64,000 nt of DNA from Hyphomicrobiales bacterium. GTDB taxonomy: Bacteria > Pseudomonadota > Alphaproteobacteria > Rhizobiales > Beijerinckiaceae. Location of the stretch: positions 908 to 64,907 of the forward strand of contig JAYTTW010000148.1 of assembly GCA_043744855.1 (NCBI GenBank). The letters are read 5' to 3'. The stretch's first letter is position 1; each line of letters starts with the position of its first letter. Positions 51,952 through 61,284 of the stretch are shown piece by piece. A model generated the notes under the pieces. It was given only the letters and a program-made list of their open reading frames with translations, searched no databases and was not told the DNA's origin. The position numbers were made by a program, and so were the translations under genes.

Positions 51952-53094
51952 ATGATGAATTTGAACGACATCGTGCAAGCCGCCCAGGGCGGCAAGGCCA
52001 CTGAAAATCTGGCCGATCAGTTTGAGCTTCAGCCGGCGCAAGTGCAGCAGGCGTTGCAGGCGTTGCTGCCCGCCATCTCGATGGGCTTGCAGCAGCAGAT
52101 GCAAGGACCGAACTTCGCCCAAACGCTCGTCCATCTGGCGACGCCGCAGAATCAAGCCGCGTTCGAGGATTACACGGCGGCGCAGAGCGATGAAACCATT
52201 GCGTCAGGCTCGGACGCGCTGGACCATTTGTTTGGCTCCAAAGATGTCACCGCACAAGTCGCCACACTTGCTGCCCAGCATAGCGGCGTCAACGAAGATC
52301 TGTTGCAATCCATGTTGCCGGTCGTCACCGCGATCGTGATGGGCGGGCTGGCCAAATCGCTAACGCAGAAGGGCGGCCTCAGCGGAATTTTTGCTCCAGC
52401 GCCGCACGCTCAAGCGCCAGTGGCGCCGCCGGAAAGCGGCGACGTACTTGGTGGTGTTCTCGGTGGCGTTTTTGGCGGAGCTACGGGCGGCGCCCAGCGC
52501 GCGCAGCCTGCACAGGCGGCACCTCATGGGGGCGGCATTGGCGACATTCTGGGGCAACTGGCGGGCGGCACAGCGGCCGGTGGCTTGCTCGGCGGCTTGC
52601 TGGGCGGCGCGCAACGTCCGCAGCCCGGCCAAACCTCGCCGCAAGCCGGCGGCGGCCTCGCCGACATTCTCGGCGGATTGCTGGCGGGCGCGCAACGTCC
52701 GCAAGCCGGCCAGATCGCGCCGCAAGCCGGCCAAGCCGCACCGCAAGCCAGCGGCAGCCTGGCTGACATTCTCGGCGGGCTGCTCGGCGGCGCCCAACAT
52801 CCCCAACCCGGTCAGGCCACGGGCGGCGGTCTCGGCGACATTCTCGGCGGATTACTCGCCGGGGCCCAGCGTCCGCAAGCCGGCCAGCCTGCACCGCAGG
52901 GGGGCGGAGGTCTCGGCAATATTCTTGGCGGAGTGCTTGGCGGGGCCGCTGGCGGCGGTCTCAACCCGGCGCTGGTTCAGGCCGGGCTTCAGCAACTCAC
53001 CAATATGTTCGGCCATGGAACCAACGCATCGCCGGTTTTGCAATCTGGCTTGAACAGCATTCTCGGCCAGATGCTCGGCGGCGGCCGACGCTGA
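51952..53094 (+). CDS. DUF937 domain protein with an expanded Gly/Gln-rich repeat tail
   Basis: QAAQGG..LADQFEL, LFGSKDV..VA, MLPVV..MGGL; repeated GGL(A/G)DILGGLL(A/G)GAQRPQ. Confidence 0.82.
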   Translation: MMNLNDIVQAAQGGKATENLADQFELQPAQVQQALQALLPAISMGLQQQMQGPNFAQTLVHLATPQNQAAFEDYTAAQSDETIASGSDALDHLFGSKDVTAQVATLAAQHSGVNEDLLQSMLPVVTAIVMGGLAKSLTQKGGLSGIFAPAPHAQAPVAPPESGDVLGGVLGGVFGGATGGAQRAQPAQAAPHGGGIGDILGQLAGGTAAGGLLGGLLGGAQRPQPGQTSPQAGGGLADILGGLLAGAQRPQAGQIAPQAGQAAPQASGSLADILGGLLGGAQHPQPGQATGGGLGDILGGLLAGAQRPQAGQPAPQGGGGLGNILGGVLGGAAGGGLNPALVQAGLQQLTNMFGHGTNASPVLQSGLNSILGQMLGGGRR

Positions 53095-53176
53095 CGACGC
53101 AAAGTGCTGCCAACGTACAGAGCCACTACTGACGCGCCTCGCGCCGTGCGAGGCGCCATATTTGGGGAGAAACAGC

Positions 53177-54190
53177 GTGGCTAAGCCATGGCTCGTTTCG
53201 GGTTGCGCGGCGCTGCTGACGATATTCGCTCCGGCGCTAATGTCAGCGCAGGAACAAAAAACCCTGCATTTGATGGTTGGCGCCGCTGCCGGCAGCGATA
53301 CCGATCAGCTTGCCCGGCTGGTCGCCGCCCGGTTGCCGGCGCACCTGCCGGGCGTCGCCAGTATCACGGTTGAAAACCGGGCGGTTGCCGATGGCGTCGA
53401 GGCAATGAACAGCTTCGTCGCCACCGCGCCGAAGGATGGCGCCGCGCTGATCTTACCGGGGCCGGCGAGCGCGTTGATGCAGGCGCTGAAGAAGTCGAAC
53501 GTGCGTTATGACGCTGGCGGCCTCGGTTACCTCGGTACCTTATCGCGCGCGCCGAGTGTGCTGGCGACGTGGTGGGTGACAGGCTTCCGCAGCGTTGACG
53601 ACGGACGGCGCCGGGAAATGAGCCTTGGCGCCCTCAACGGGGCCGGCGTTGGTGCGCTCTATCCAGCGGTTATCAACGCCATGCTGCGTACCCGTTTCAG
53701 TCTGGCGGCGGTGTATCGCACCGAAGCCGACATGGACGCGGCGATGGAGGGCGGGGAAATCGGCGGGCGCTTCATCTCATCAGCGTCGATGCTCGCCAAC
53801 CGGCCCGGCTGGGTGGCCCAAAAGCGGGTCAACCTGCTGGCGCAGGTGGCGCCCATGCGGCACACAACGCTGCCCGACACGCCAACCCTTGTCGAACTGG
53901 CGGGCAATGAACGCGATCGCGCACTGATGTTGTTCGTGTCGCGCGACGCCGACCACGCCCGCGCGCTCGCCGTGCCGGAGGGGACGCCGCCAGAACGGCT
54001 CGCAGCCCTGCGAAAGGCCTTCGACGCGATGCTGCTCGACGCACAGTTCATATCGCAGGCGCAAGCGGCGAGGCTCGACCTGTCGCCAGCTTCAGGCGAT
54101 CTCACAGCTCAGGCGGTCGCCGACGAATTGCAAACGCCGGACGCTGTTGTGGCGCGTATGAGAGCCCTGGCTGGCCAGGAATTTCAGTGA
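53177..54190 (+). CDS. Bug/TctC-family substrate-binding protein (divergent)
   Basis: VGAAAGSDTD..ARLVA, APKDG, AMEGGEI, PEGTP..LRKAFD; GTG start after GGGGAG. Confidence 0.8.
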   Translation: MAKPWLVSGCAALLTIFAPALMSAQEQKTLHLMVGAAAGSDTDQLARLVAARLPAHLPGVASITVENRAVADGVEAMNSFVATAPKDGAALILPGPASALMQALKKSNVRYDAGGLGYLGTLSRAPSVLATWWVTGFRSVDDGRRREMSLGALNGAGVGALYPAVINAMLRTRFSLAAVYRTEADMDAAMEGGEIGGRFISSASMLANRPGWVAQKRVNLLAQVAPMRHTTLPDTPTLVELAGNERDRALMLFVSRDADHARALAVPEGTPPERLAALRKAFDAMLLDAQFISQAQAARLDLSPASGDLTAQAVADELQTPDAVVARMRALAGQEFQ

Positions 54191-54206
54191 GGCTTGCGAA
54201 GCGCTT

Positions 54207-54371
54207 TTAATTCAGGCCGGCCGACAGCGGGCCCAGCCACTTGGAGTTCAGGGTGTCGCCAATGAGGCGTGCGCCGACAATGCACAGAATGGACAAGCCG
54301 GCGCCGATCATCCCGTATTCGATGGATGTCGCGCCTCGTTCGTCACTCCAGAATTTGCGTGCTAACGCCAT
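54207..54371 (-). CDS. Flp family type IVb pilin
   Basis: FWSDERG|ATSIEYG prepilin motif, hydrophobic helix, 54 aa; GGAG RBS. Confidence 0.88.
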   Translation of the reverse strand: MALARKFWSDERGATSIEYGMIGAGLSILCIVGARLIGDTLNSKWLGPLSAGLN

Positions 54372-54408
54372 GATGACTCCACTGCTGGAGCACAATGCGT
54401 TACGAAAT

Positions 54409-54423
54409 TTATTTTTTGATTAA
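54409..54423. promoter_or_regulatory. Imperfect CtrA-like box upstream of the Flp pilin
   Basis: TTAT-N7-TTAA (one mismatch to TTAA-N7-TTAA) in an AT-rich patch. Confidence 0.4.
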
Positions 54424-54576
54424 TTCGCTGCCGCGAAAAGTTCCCCATTGGCGTTTTGCGCGGTTGTTCGCCCTTTGGACGCCCCGCCGGATTGTTGCAA
54501 GCCGTCCCGCTGCCGCCTATGAAATGCAGGCGACGGCGCAATAGAGCGTCCGTTCCGCACGGTTCCGGAACATTGA

Positions 54577-55962
54577 ATGGCCCGCGACGTATCCGATGAA
54601 ACTCCGATCGCGTCGCGCGACGAACTGGTGGCGTGGTTCGAAAAAGGCTGCAAGCCACCAAGCGAGTTTCGCCTCGGCACCGAGCACGAGAAATTCGTTT
54701 ACTATACGGCAGATCATTCGCCGGTTCCCTACCTTGGCCGTCCCGAGGCAGGCGTTGGCGGAATTCGTACGCTGCTGGAAGGCATGCAGCGTGCGACGAA
54801 GTGGTCGCCCATCGAAGACAATGGCTGCCTGATCGGCCTGTTCGAGGAAGGCGGCGGCGGCGCCATTTCTCTCGAACCCGGCGGACAATTCGAACTCTCC
54901 GGCGCGCCACTCGATAACGTGCATGCGACTGCGAGCGAACTCGACCAGCACCTCGCCGACGCCAAACGTGTCGCGGCGCGCGATGGCATGGCGTTCCTCG
55001 GGCTCGGCATGAGCCCGCAATGGAGCTTGGCGCAAACCCCTGTGATGCCGAAGAGCCGCTACAAAATCATGACAAACTACATGCCGAAAGTTGGCAGTCG
55101 CGGTCTCGACATGATGTATCGCACCTGCACGGTGCAAGTGAATCTCGACTTCGCCTCGGAAGCCGACATGGTCCTGAAAACCCGCGTCTCGCTGGCGTTG
55201 CAGCCTGTGGCGACGGCGCTTTTCGCCAATTCGCCGTTCACGGAAGGCAAGCCCAACGGCAGACTGTCGGAGCGCTCGGAAATCTGGCGCGACACCGACA
55301 ACCAGCGCGCCGGCATGATGCCGTTCTTTTTTGAAACCGGCATGGGCTTTGAACGCTATGTCGATTACGCCCTCGACGTGCCGATGTATTTTGTCAAGCG
55401 CGGCGCCATTTATCACGACGTCGCCGGCACCAGTTTCCGCGATCTTCTGGCCGGCAAGCTTGCGGCGCTGCCTGGCGAGCAGGCGACGCTGTCGGATTGG
55501 GCGAACCATCTGTCGACGATTTTTCCGGAAGTGCGGTTGAAGCGCTACCTTGAAATGCGCGGCGCGGACGTTGGGGGACGCGAGCACATCCTCGGCTTGT
55601 CGGCGTTTTTCGTCGGACTTCTCTACGACGGAGCGGCGCTTACGGCGGCGTGGGATCTGGCCAAACAGTGGAGCGCGCAACAGCGTCAGACCTTGCGTGA
55701 CGAGGTTCCAACCCTCGGCCTCGAGGCGCGTATCGGCGGGCGTAGCCTGCGCGACATTGCGAGGGATGCCTTGGCGATTTCCCGGCAAGGCCTCTCCAAT
55801 CGCCGGCGCAAGGACGCGCGCGGCCTCGACGAAGGCCGCTATCTGGATGGGCTCGACGCTCGCGTTGCGAGCGGCCGCGTGGCGGCGCGCCTGTGGCTCG
55901 ACAAATACGAAGGCGAATGGCGGCGTTCCGTCTCGCCGATTTTCGAGGCCGCCGCGTTCTGA
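54577..55962 (+). CDS. gshA: Glutamate--cysteine ligase (plant/alphaproteobacterial type)
   Basis: LGTEHEKF, SLEPGGQFELSG, MPKSRY, TCTVQVNLD, TIFPEVRLKRYLEMRGAD. Confidence 0.96.
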   Translation: MARDVSDETPIASRDELVAWFEKGCKPPSEFRLGTEHEKFVYYTADHSPVPYLGRPEAGVGGIRTLLEGMQRATKWSPIEDNGCLIGLFEEGGGGAISLEPGGQFELSGAPLDNVHATASELDQHLADAKRVAARDGMAFLGLGMSPQWSLAQTPVMPKSRYKIMTNYMPKVGSRGLDMMYRTCTVQVNLDFASEADMVLKTRVSLALQPVATALFANSPFTEGKPNGRLSERSEIWRDTDNQRAGMMPFFFETGMGFERYVDYALDVPMYFVKRGAIYHDVAGTSFRDLLAGKLAALPGEQATLSDWANHLSTIFPEVRLKRYLEMRGADVGGREHILGLSAFFVGLLYDGAALTAAWDLAKQWSAQQRQTLRDEVPTLGLEARIGGRSLRDIARDALAISRQGLSNRRRKDARGLDEGRYLDGLDARVASGRVAARLWLDKYEGEWRRSVSPIFEAAAF

Positions 55963-56128
55963 CGCGCACATGGTTAACAAGGCCTTGGCAATCTCATCCG
56001 GATTTCGCGGCAATGCGCCAACAGCTCGTTGGGCATGCACGCCGAAACACCACGTATTCGCTATTTTTAGCGCTTTTTAACCGCGCCGATTAGCACATTG
56101 GCGCCTGCCGTCACTGCATTCTCTGCGC

Positions 56129-56692
56129 ATGGAAGGCGACTTCCGTGCAGCAGGGAACGGCGTGATGCAATCGGCGACAAACCACGAATCCAGTTGTTCC
56201 ACCGGCGCGTGGCCTGACGCTCCGCCGTGCGACGTGACATTGGATCGCACGCGAATTGGCCGGCGCCAACATATTGCGGGCGTCGTCATGACGTTGAGCA
56301 AGCCGGTCAGCGATTTTCGCGGCGTCGCGCTTTGCCTCCACCTGTCGGCCACCGGACAGACGTGTTTTCGCGTCGTCCTCTGGCACAACGACCGCGAGCT
56401 TTCGGTGACGCTATTCGAAGCCTTGGACGATCACGACGTCGTCGCTGAATGGAAGCAATGGGCGTCATATTTCCATCTGCCGAAATTTGTCGAGCGCGAA
56501 GCCGGGATGCTCGAAGGCGCCGAAAAGCATCTCGGCGGCCTCGTGCTGGGTCGCAGAACCCGGCTGCGTCGGCGTGGCGCTGCGGTTTCCCGCCGTCGTC
56601 CGAAAGCCCCGTTGCGCCGCAAGGCCGCCACTACCTACACCATGCAGAAATTTCAAACGCGCATTTTAGTCAACGTATTGGAGACCCCATGA
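56129..56692 (+). CDS. DUF6101-like conserved protein
   Basis: DFRGVAL, LWHNDRELSVTL, VVAEWKQWA..LP, Arg-rich C-terminus; next to ubiA. Confidence 0.75.
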   Translation: MEGDFRAAGNGVMQSATNHESSCSTGAWPDAPPCDVTLDRTRIGRRQHIAGVVMTLSKPVSDFRGVALCLHLSATGQTCFRVVLWHNDRELSVTLFEALDDHDVVAEWKQWASYFHLPKFVEREAGMLEGAEKHLGGLVLGRRTRLRRRGAAVSRRRPKAPLRRKAATTYTMQKFQTRILVNVLETP

Positions 56693-56907
56693 CATTGAAA
56701 CCGCATAACAGTATTCGCCCTCCCGCAATCGGCAACCGGCTGTTTCGCAATCGCGACGCGAAGGACCATTCATGGAGCGAAGACTGGCCGTTTGCCGGTC
56801 GTCGTCGCGGGCCCGGACCGAGCGAAACATTTTCCTGCGCGCGTGGTCAGGCGCGTGACGAGAGGCAGGCGGTCACGCCACCCCCGCAGCGCCCGACGAA
56901 CTGATCT

Positions 56908-57861
56908 TCAGGCGGCGAACCCCTCGATCGCCAGGCCTGCAAACAACAGCAGGCCGGCGTCGCGGTTGGAGCGAAACAAGCGCAACGCGAGCCCGGCATC
57001 GCCGGGCCGCACACGCCAGGTTTGCCATGCAAGGTGCGCGGCAAAGGCGGCGACGCCAAGCATCGCCCATGTGCCGCCGCCGGCCAGCCGTACCGCCAAA
57101 GCCGCGAACCCAACCGCGACAAGATAGAGCCACCCGACCGCTTGCCGGACACGCCCGCCAAACAATCGCGCGGTCGAACGCACCCCGACGATGGCGTCGT
57201 CGCGCGCATCCTGCAACGCGTAGATCGTATCGTAGCCCATGGTCCAGGCGATGGCGGCTGCATAGATCGCCAACGCTGCCGACGAAAGCCCGCCGAACGA
57301 AGCCGCCCAACCCATCAAGCCGCCATACGCGAAGGCGAGGCCCAGCACCGCCTGCGGCCATGAGGTGATGCGCTTCATGAATGGATAAACGCCGACGATG
57401 GCGAGCGACGCGAGCCCCAACCCAATCGTGAACCCGTTGAACGAAAACAACACGGCGGCGCCAACCAGCGCTTGCGCAACAAGCCACCCCTTCGCGCTGC
57501 GCACGCTGATGCGTCCGGAAGGCAAAGGGCGATTGCGCGTGCGCTCGACGCCCGCGTCAATTTGGCGATCCACAATGTCATTGTAGGTGGAGCCGGCGCC
57601 CCGCATGGCAATCGCGCCGACAACAAACAGGGCGAGATGAACGAGGTTTGGCCCGCCGCCCCGCGCCACGCCGGCGAGCGCCGCCGACCACCAGCAGGGC
57701 GCCAACAGCAGCTGCCAGCCGATAGGCCGGTCGAAGCGCGCCAATTGCAGAAAGGGTTGCCATGACGGCGGCGCCAGTTGCAGCGCGACGGAATGAACTG
57801 AATCGGGCAGCCGGTCGCCAGCGGCGCCAATCGACGGCGCAGCCGGCTTTGGCGACGTCAC
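56908..57861 (-). CDS. ubiA: 4-hydroxybenzoate polyprenyltransferase
   Basis: RFDRPIGW, MRGAG.TYNDIVD, YPFMKR, YDTIYALQD; GTG start overlaps the upstream TGA. Confidence 0.95.
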   Translation of the reverse strand: MTSPKPAAPSIGAAGDRLPDSVHSVALQLAPPSWQPFLQLARFDRPIGWQLLLAPCWWSAALAGVARGGGPNLVHLALFVVGAIAMRGAGSTYNDIVDRQIDAGVERTRNRPLPSGRISVRSAKGWLVAQALVGAAVLFSFNGFTIGLGLASLAIVGVYPFMKRITSWPQAVLGLAFAYGGLMGWAASFGGLSSAALAIYAAAIAWTMGYDTIYALQDARDDAIVGVRSTARLFGGRVRQAVGWLYLVAVGFAALAVRLAGGGTWAMLGVAAFAAHLAWQTWRVRPGDAGLALRLFRSNRDAGLLLFAGLAIEGFAA

Positions 57862-58442
57862 AAGGGTCCGGACGGCAATTTTACTGTAGGCTGCGCGGCC
57901 GGGCCGCCAGCTTGGGCCTGACGACCTTGCTGCGCTTGCAACTTGCGCATCTTGGCGACCTGCGCCGCCGCATTGCACGCCTGCCCGGCAATGACCGGCG
58001 TTTTCGAGAAACTCTGTTTCATCGAGTCGATGGTTTGATCGGGGATCGAACACCAATCCTTGTTCTTGATCATCCACGCCTTCATCGAATTCTCGACGCT
58101 GACCAGATTGCGGAAGCGAGGGCAGGCCGCTGCCGGATCGAGTTTCTTGTTTTTGGAGCCGCGCATCAGATTGTTGATCTGGCCGATCGCCGCTTCACGG
58201 CGCTGCTGAAGTTGCACCATTTCCTGCTCACAGGACGATGCCGATCCAGCCTCCGGCGGGGCGGACAATTCGGGCGGCGACACAACGCTTGGCGAGGCGC
58301 CATCGGGCGCCAACGGCGACAGACCCGGCGCACCCAGCATGGAAGGCGCCTGCGCCAATGCGCTCGCCGCACCAAACGCCATCACGACGCCAGCCAACGC
58401 GAGGCTTCGCAAAACAGAAGACATAAAAAACGCCCGGCTCAT
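57858..58442 (-). CDS. Conserved exported protein with four Cys
   Basis: Signal peptide; SCEQE, ACPRFRNL, KNKDWCSIPD, QAC, C-terminal KLPSGPL. Confidence 0.75.
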   Translation of the reverse strand: MSRAFFMSSVLRSLALAGVVMAFGAASALAQAPSMLGAPGLSPLAPDGASPSVVSPPELSAPPEAGSASSCEQEMVQLQQRREAAIGQINNLMRGSKNKKLDPAAACPRFRNLVSVENSMKAWMIKNKDWCSIPDQTIDSMKQSFSKTPVIAGQACNAAAQVAKMRKLQAQQGRQAQAGGPAAQPTVKLPSGPL

Positions 58443-58514
58443 GTTGGCTCGCCCCGCTCGATGGCAACTTTTTCTCATAGCAAGGGTGGGTCGCCGCTTC
58501 AAGGCGGCAGCCTT

Positions 58515-58559
58515 GATTGCAAACTGCCGGACTGCAAACCGCCAGATTGCAAATCCTCG
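58515..58559. repeat. 3 x 15-bp direct repeat GA(T/C)TGCAAA-N6
   Basis: GATTGCAAACTGCCG / GACTGCAAACCGCCA / GATTGCAAATCCTCG. Confidence 0.8.
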
Positions 58560-58604
58560 GGTAGCGGAGAAAAAAGGCGACTTCGGGGCGACTTTCCAGC
58601 TGCC

Positions 58605-59027
58605 TCAGGCGGCGGCGAATTGCGGCACGCTGGCGCCACCGGGCCGATCCTCGAACACCACGCGCAGCGGCATGTCACAGCGCACATCCAACGGCGCGAC
58701 ACCAACGACATTGGTGAGCAGCCGCGGCCCCTCTTCAAGTTCGACCAGCGCGACGACGTAGGGCACCTCCTGCGCGTAGGCCGGATGATAGACGCGATCA
58801 TAGATGACGAAACTGAAGACTTTTGCGCGTCCGCTGACCGGTGTCCATTGCACTTTTGCCGACAGGCAATGCGGGCAGGTTCGCGATGGCGGAAACCAGT
58901 ACTGCTGGCAGGCTTCGCATTGCGGCAACTCCAGCCGATGCTGTTTGGCGGCTTCCCAGTAGGGCATGGATTCGGGCGCCGGTCGCGGCTCGGGTTTCGG
59001 TGGTGGCGGCGCCGCAGGCTGGCTCAT
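58605..59027 (-). CDS. DUF35 Zn-ribbon/OB-fold protein
   Basis: CEAC..CPHC, SGRAKVFSF, PYVVALVELEEGPR; ATGA overlap with the thiolase-family gene. Confidence 0.92.
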   Translation of the reverse strand: MSQPAAPPPPKPEPRPAPESMPYWEAAKQHRLELPQCEACQQYWFPPSRTCPHCLSAKVQWTPVSGRAKVFSFVIYDRVYHPAYAQEVPYVVALVELEEGPRLLTNVVGVAPLDVRCDMPLRVVFEDRPGGASVPQFAAA

Positions 59028-60208
59028 CCTTGCCTCCCCAATATCAATGTCGAGTGGCAAACCTGATTGCCGCCGTGCCCGGAGACGAGCGCGATTTCAG
59101 CGTCTTTGACCTGCCGTTCGACGCCGTAGACGCCCTGCAACTGGCGCACGCCCTCGACGATTTGCAGCACGCCCTCGGCGTGCGCCTCCGACAACTGGCC
59201 GCCCGACGTATTGGTCGGCAACGCGCCATCCAGACGCAGCGCGCCAGAGGCCACAAACTCGCCGCCTTCGCCCTTTTTGCAGAAGCCGTAGTCCTCGAGC
59301 TGGGTCAAAACCATGTAGGTGAAGCAATCGTAGATTTGCGCTGTGTCGATATCGCGCGGTCCCAGCCCTGCCATCTTGTAGGCGGTCTCCCCTGATTGTT
59401 TGGCTGCGGTAACCACCATGTTGTCGTCGGCGAACCAGCCTTTGAGATTGTTGTGGGTGCCAAAGCCCTTGATGACGACAGGACGCTGGCGCAGATCGCG
59501 GGCGCGCTCGCGACTGGTGACGAGGATGGCGCCGGCGGCATCGCTGCGCAAACTGCAATCAAACAGCCCGAAGGGTCGTACGATGGAGCGCTGCGCGTGG
59601 TATTCCTGCAGGCTGAGAGGCTGCTTCATTTGCGCCTGTGGATTGCGCAAGGCGTGCTCGCGGAAATCGACGGCGATGCGGCCGAAGTGTTCTTTCGTCG
59701 TGCCATAGAGATGCATGTGGCGCGTCGCGCCGAATGCGTGTGTGGCCGCCGCTCCATAGTATCCGTACTCCGGCCCAAATTCGCGCGGCAACTGGCTCGG
59801 CGGACGGGTTTCATTCCGCACGCGCGCCGCCTCGTTGGCGTGTGTGCGCGACCACGCATCGCGCCCGTAGCCACAAATCACGGTCGAGGCGAGGCCATGA
59901 CGAATGGCCATCACGGCCAAAGCGACGGAAAGAATCTGGCTGGCGCCGCCGTTGGTGAGGGTGGTCGAAAAACGCGCGTTGATGCCGAGCCGCTCGCCGA
60001 CCATTTGGTGATGGCTGTAAATGTCATCGGGGCCACGGCACAGGACGCCGTCTATATCTTTTGGATTGACGCCGGATTCCTCGATGGCGTTGCGCATGGC
60101 CTCGACGATGAGATCGAGGCTGGAAACGCCGGGCACTTTGCCGAGACGCGAATTGCCGACGCCGACAACGGCGCAGATATCGCTGAGGTCGCGGGCGGTT
60201 TCGATCAT
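59024..60208 (-). CDS. Thiolase-family (SCP2/Ltp2-like) protein
   Basis: AVVGVG, GGAS, NPQA, DCS..SDAAGA, YDCFT, NTSGGQLSEAH. Confidence 0.9.
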   Translation of the reverse strand: MIETARDLSDICAVVGVGNSRLGKVPGVSSLDLIVEAMRNAIEESGVNPKDIDGVLCRGPDDIYSHHQMVGERLGINARFSTTLTNGGASQILSVALAVMAIRHGLASTVICGYGRDAWSRTHANEAARVRNETRPPSQLPREFGPEYGYYGAAATHAFGATRHMHLYGTTKEHFGRIAVDFREHALRNPQAQMKQPLSLQEYHAQRSIVRPFGLFDCSLRSDAAGAILVTSRERARDLRQRPVVIKGFGTHNNLKGWFADDNMVVTAAKQSGETAYKMAGLGPRDIDTAQIYDCFTYMVLTQLEDYGFCKKGEGGEFVASGALRLDGALPTNTSGGQLSEAHAEGVLQIVEGVRQLQGVYGVERQVKDAEIALVSGHGGNQVCHSTLILGRQG

Positions 60209-60227
60209 GCGGGCTCCAGATTGAGGT

Positions 60228-61271
60228 TCATCGCGCCAGTTCCCGCAAGCGCTGCGCCACGTCGGCGGGCGCGGCGTAAACACGCTCCAGCAGCGCGTTG
60301 ATGGTGGCGCCGTCGACGGGATCGATCTCGGCGTGTTCTTTGGCGGCCTCGGCGAGGAATTGCGGGTCTTTCATGGTCGCGTCGAAAGCATCGCGCAGGA
60401 TTTTCACGCGATCTGCGGGAACGCCGGGGCCAAGCAGAAACGGGCGGCCCATCACCTGCTCCGCGAAGGCGATTTCGAAAAGCTGCTTTTCTTCCGCCGT
60501 GGCGACAATCTCAAGCGCCGTCGGCACATCGGCAAACGCTGCATCGCGCGCCATGCCCATTTGCAGGATGACGCGCGCCTTTCCCTGCTTCACCCACGGC
60601 GTAAAGCGGTTACGAAACTGCGCCGAGGAGCCGCCGGATATATGCGAATCCGTTTCGTTGCGTTCGACCGCCATGAGGCATTCCTGCGAGCCGGCGTAAC
60701 CTTCGATCACCCGTAGTTTCGAGCCGTAGAAGGCGTTCAGCATTCGCGCATAAACCGAACTCGGAGACGAATGCGCGGTGGAGCTGACGGTCAGTTCGCG
60801 GCCACGAATATCATCGATTTTTGTTACGCCGGTTTTCGTGTTGATGACGAAAAGTCCGGTTTCCTGCTGCGGCGAACCCAGCCACTGAAACTTGCGCGCA
60901 TCAAACTGTATGCCGGCGTTGTTAAAATCGTAGAACTTCGCCAGACCATTGTTGCGCGAGACCCCGCCGATGATGGAGCCGTCCTGCGGCGCCACGGAGT
61001 AGAGATGGTTGGACGCCTTGAGGCCCTCCGCGCCCGGCATGTTCTGCACCGTAATCGCCGGTTCGCCGGGAATGTGGCGCGGCATGTGGCGGGCGATGAG
61101 CCGGGCGTATTGATCGTAGCCGCCACCTGGCGAGGCGGCGGTAATGAGCGTCAACTTGCGGCTGCGGTAAAAGTCGGCTGCGGTTCGCGCGTGGGCGAGA
61201 CGAGGCAGGGCGAGCGCGCCGGCCAGCGACAGCGACATCGCCCGGCGGCGTGTTAATTGCGGTTGTCGCAT
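60228..61271 (-). CDS. Bug/TctC-family substrate-binding protein
   Basis: Tat-like TRRRAM, SPGGGYD.YAR, QNMPGA, GRPFLLGPGVP; GGAGG RBS. Confidence 0.88.
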   Translation of the reverse strand: MRQPQLTRRRAMSLSLAGALALPRLAHARTAADFYRSRKLTLITAASPGGGYDQYARLIARHMPRHIPGEPAITVQNMPGAEGLKASNHLYSVAPQDGSIIGGVSRNNGLAKFYDFNNAGIQFDARKFQWLGSPQQETGLFVINTKTGVTKIDDIRGRELTVSSTAHSSPSSVYARMLNAFYGSKLRVIEGYAGSQECLMAVERNETDSHISGGSSAQFRNRFTPWVKQGKARVILQMGMARDAAFADVPTALEIVATAEEKQLFEIAFAEQVMGRPFLLGPGVPADRVKILRDAFDATMKDPQFLAEAAKEHAEIDPVDGATINALLERVYAAPADVAQRLRELAR

Positions 61272-61284
61272 GTCGCCTCCGCCG

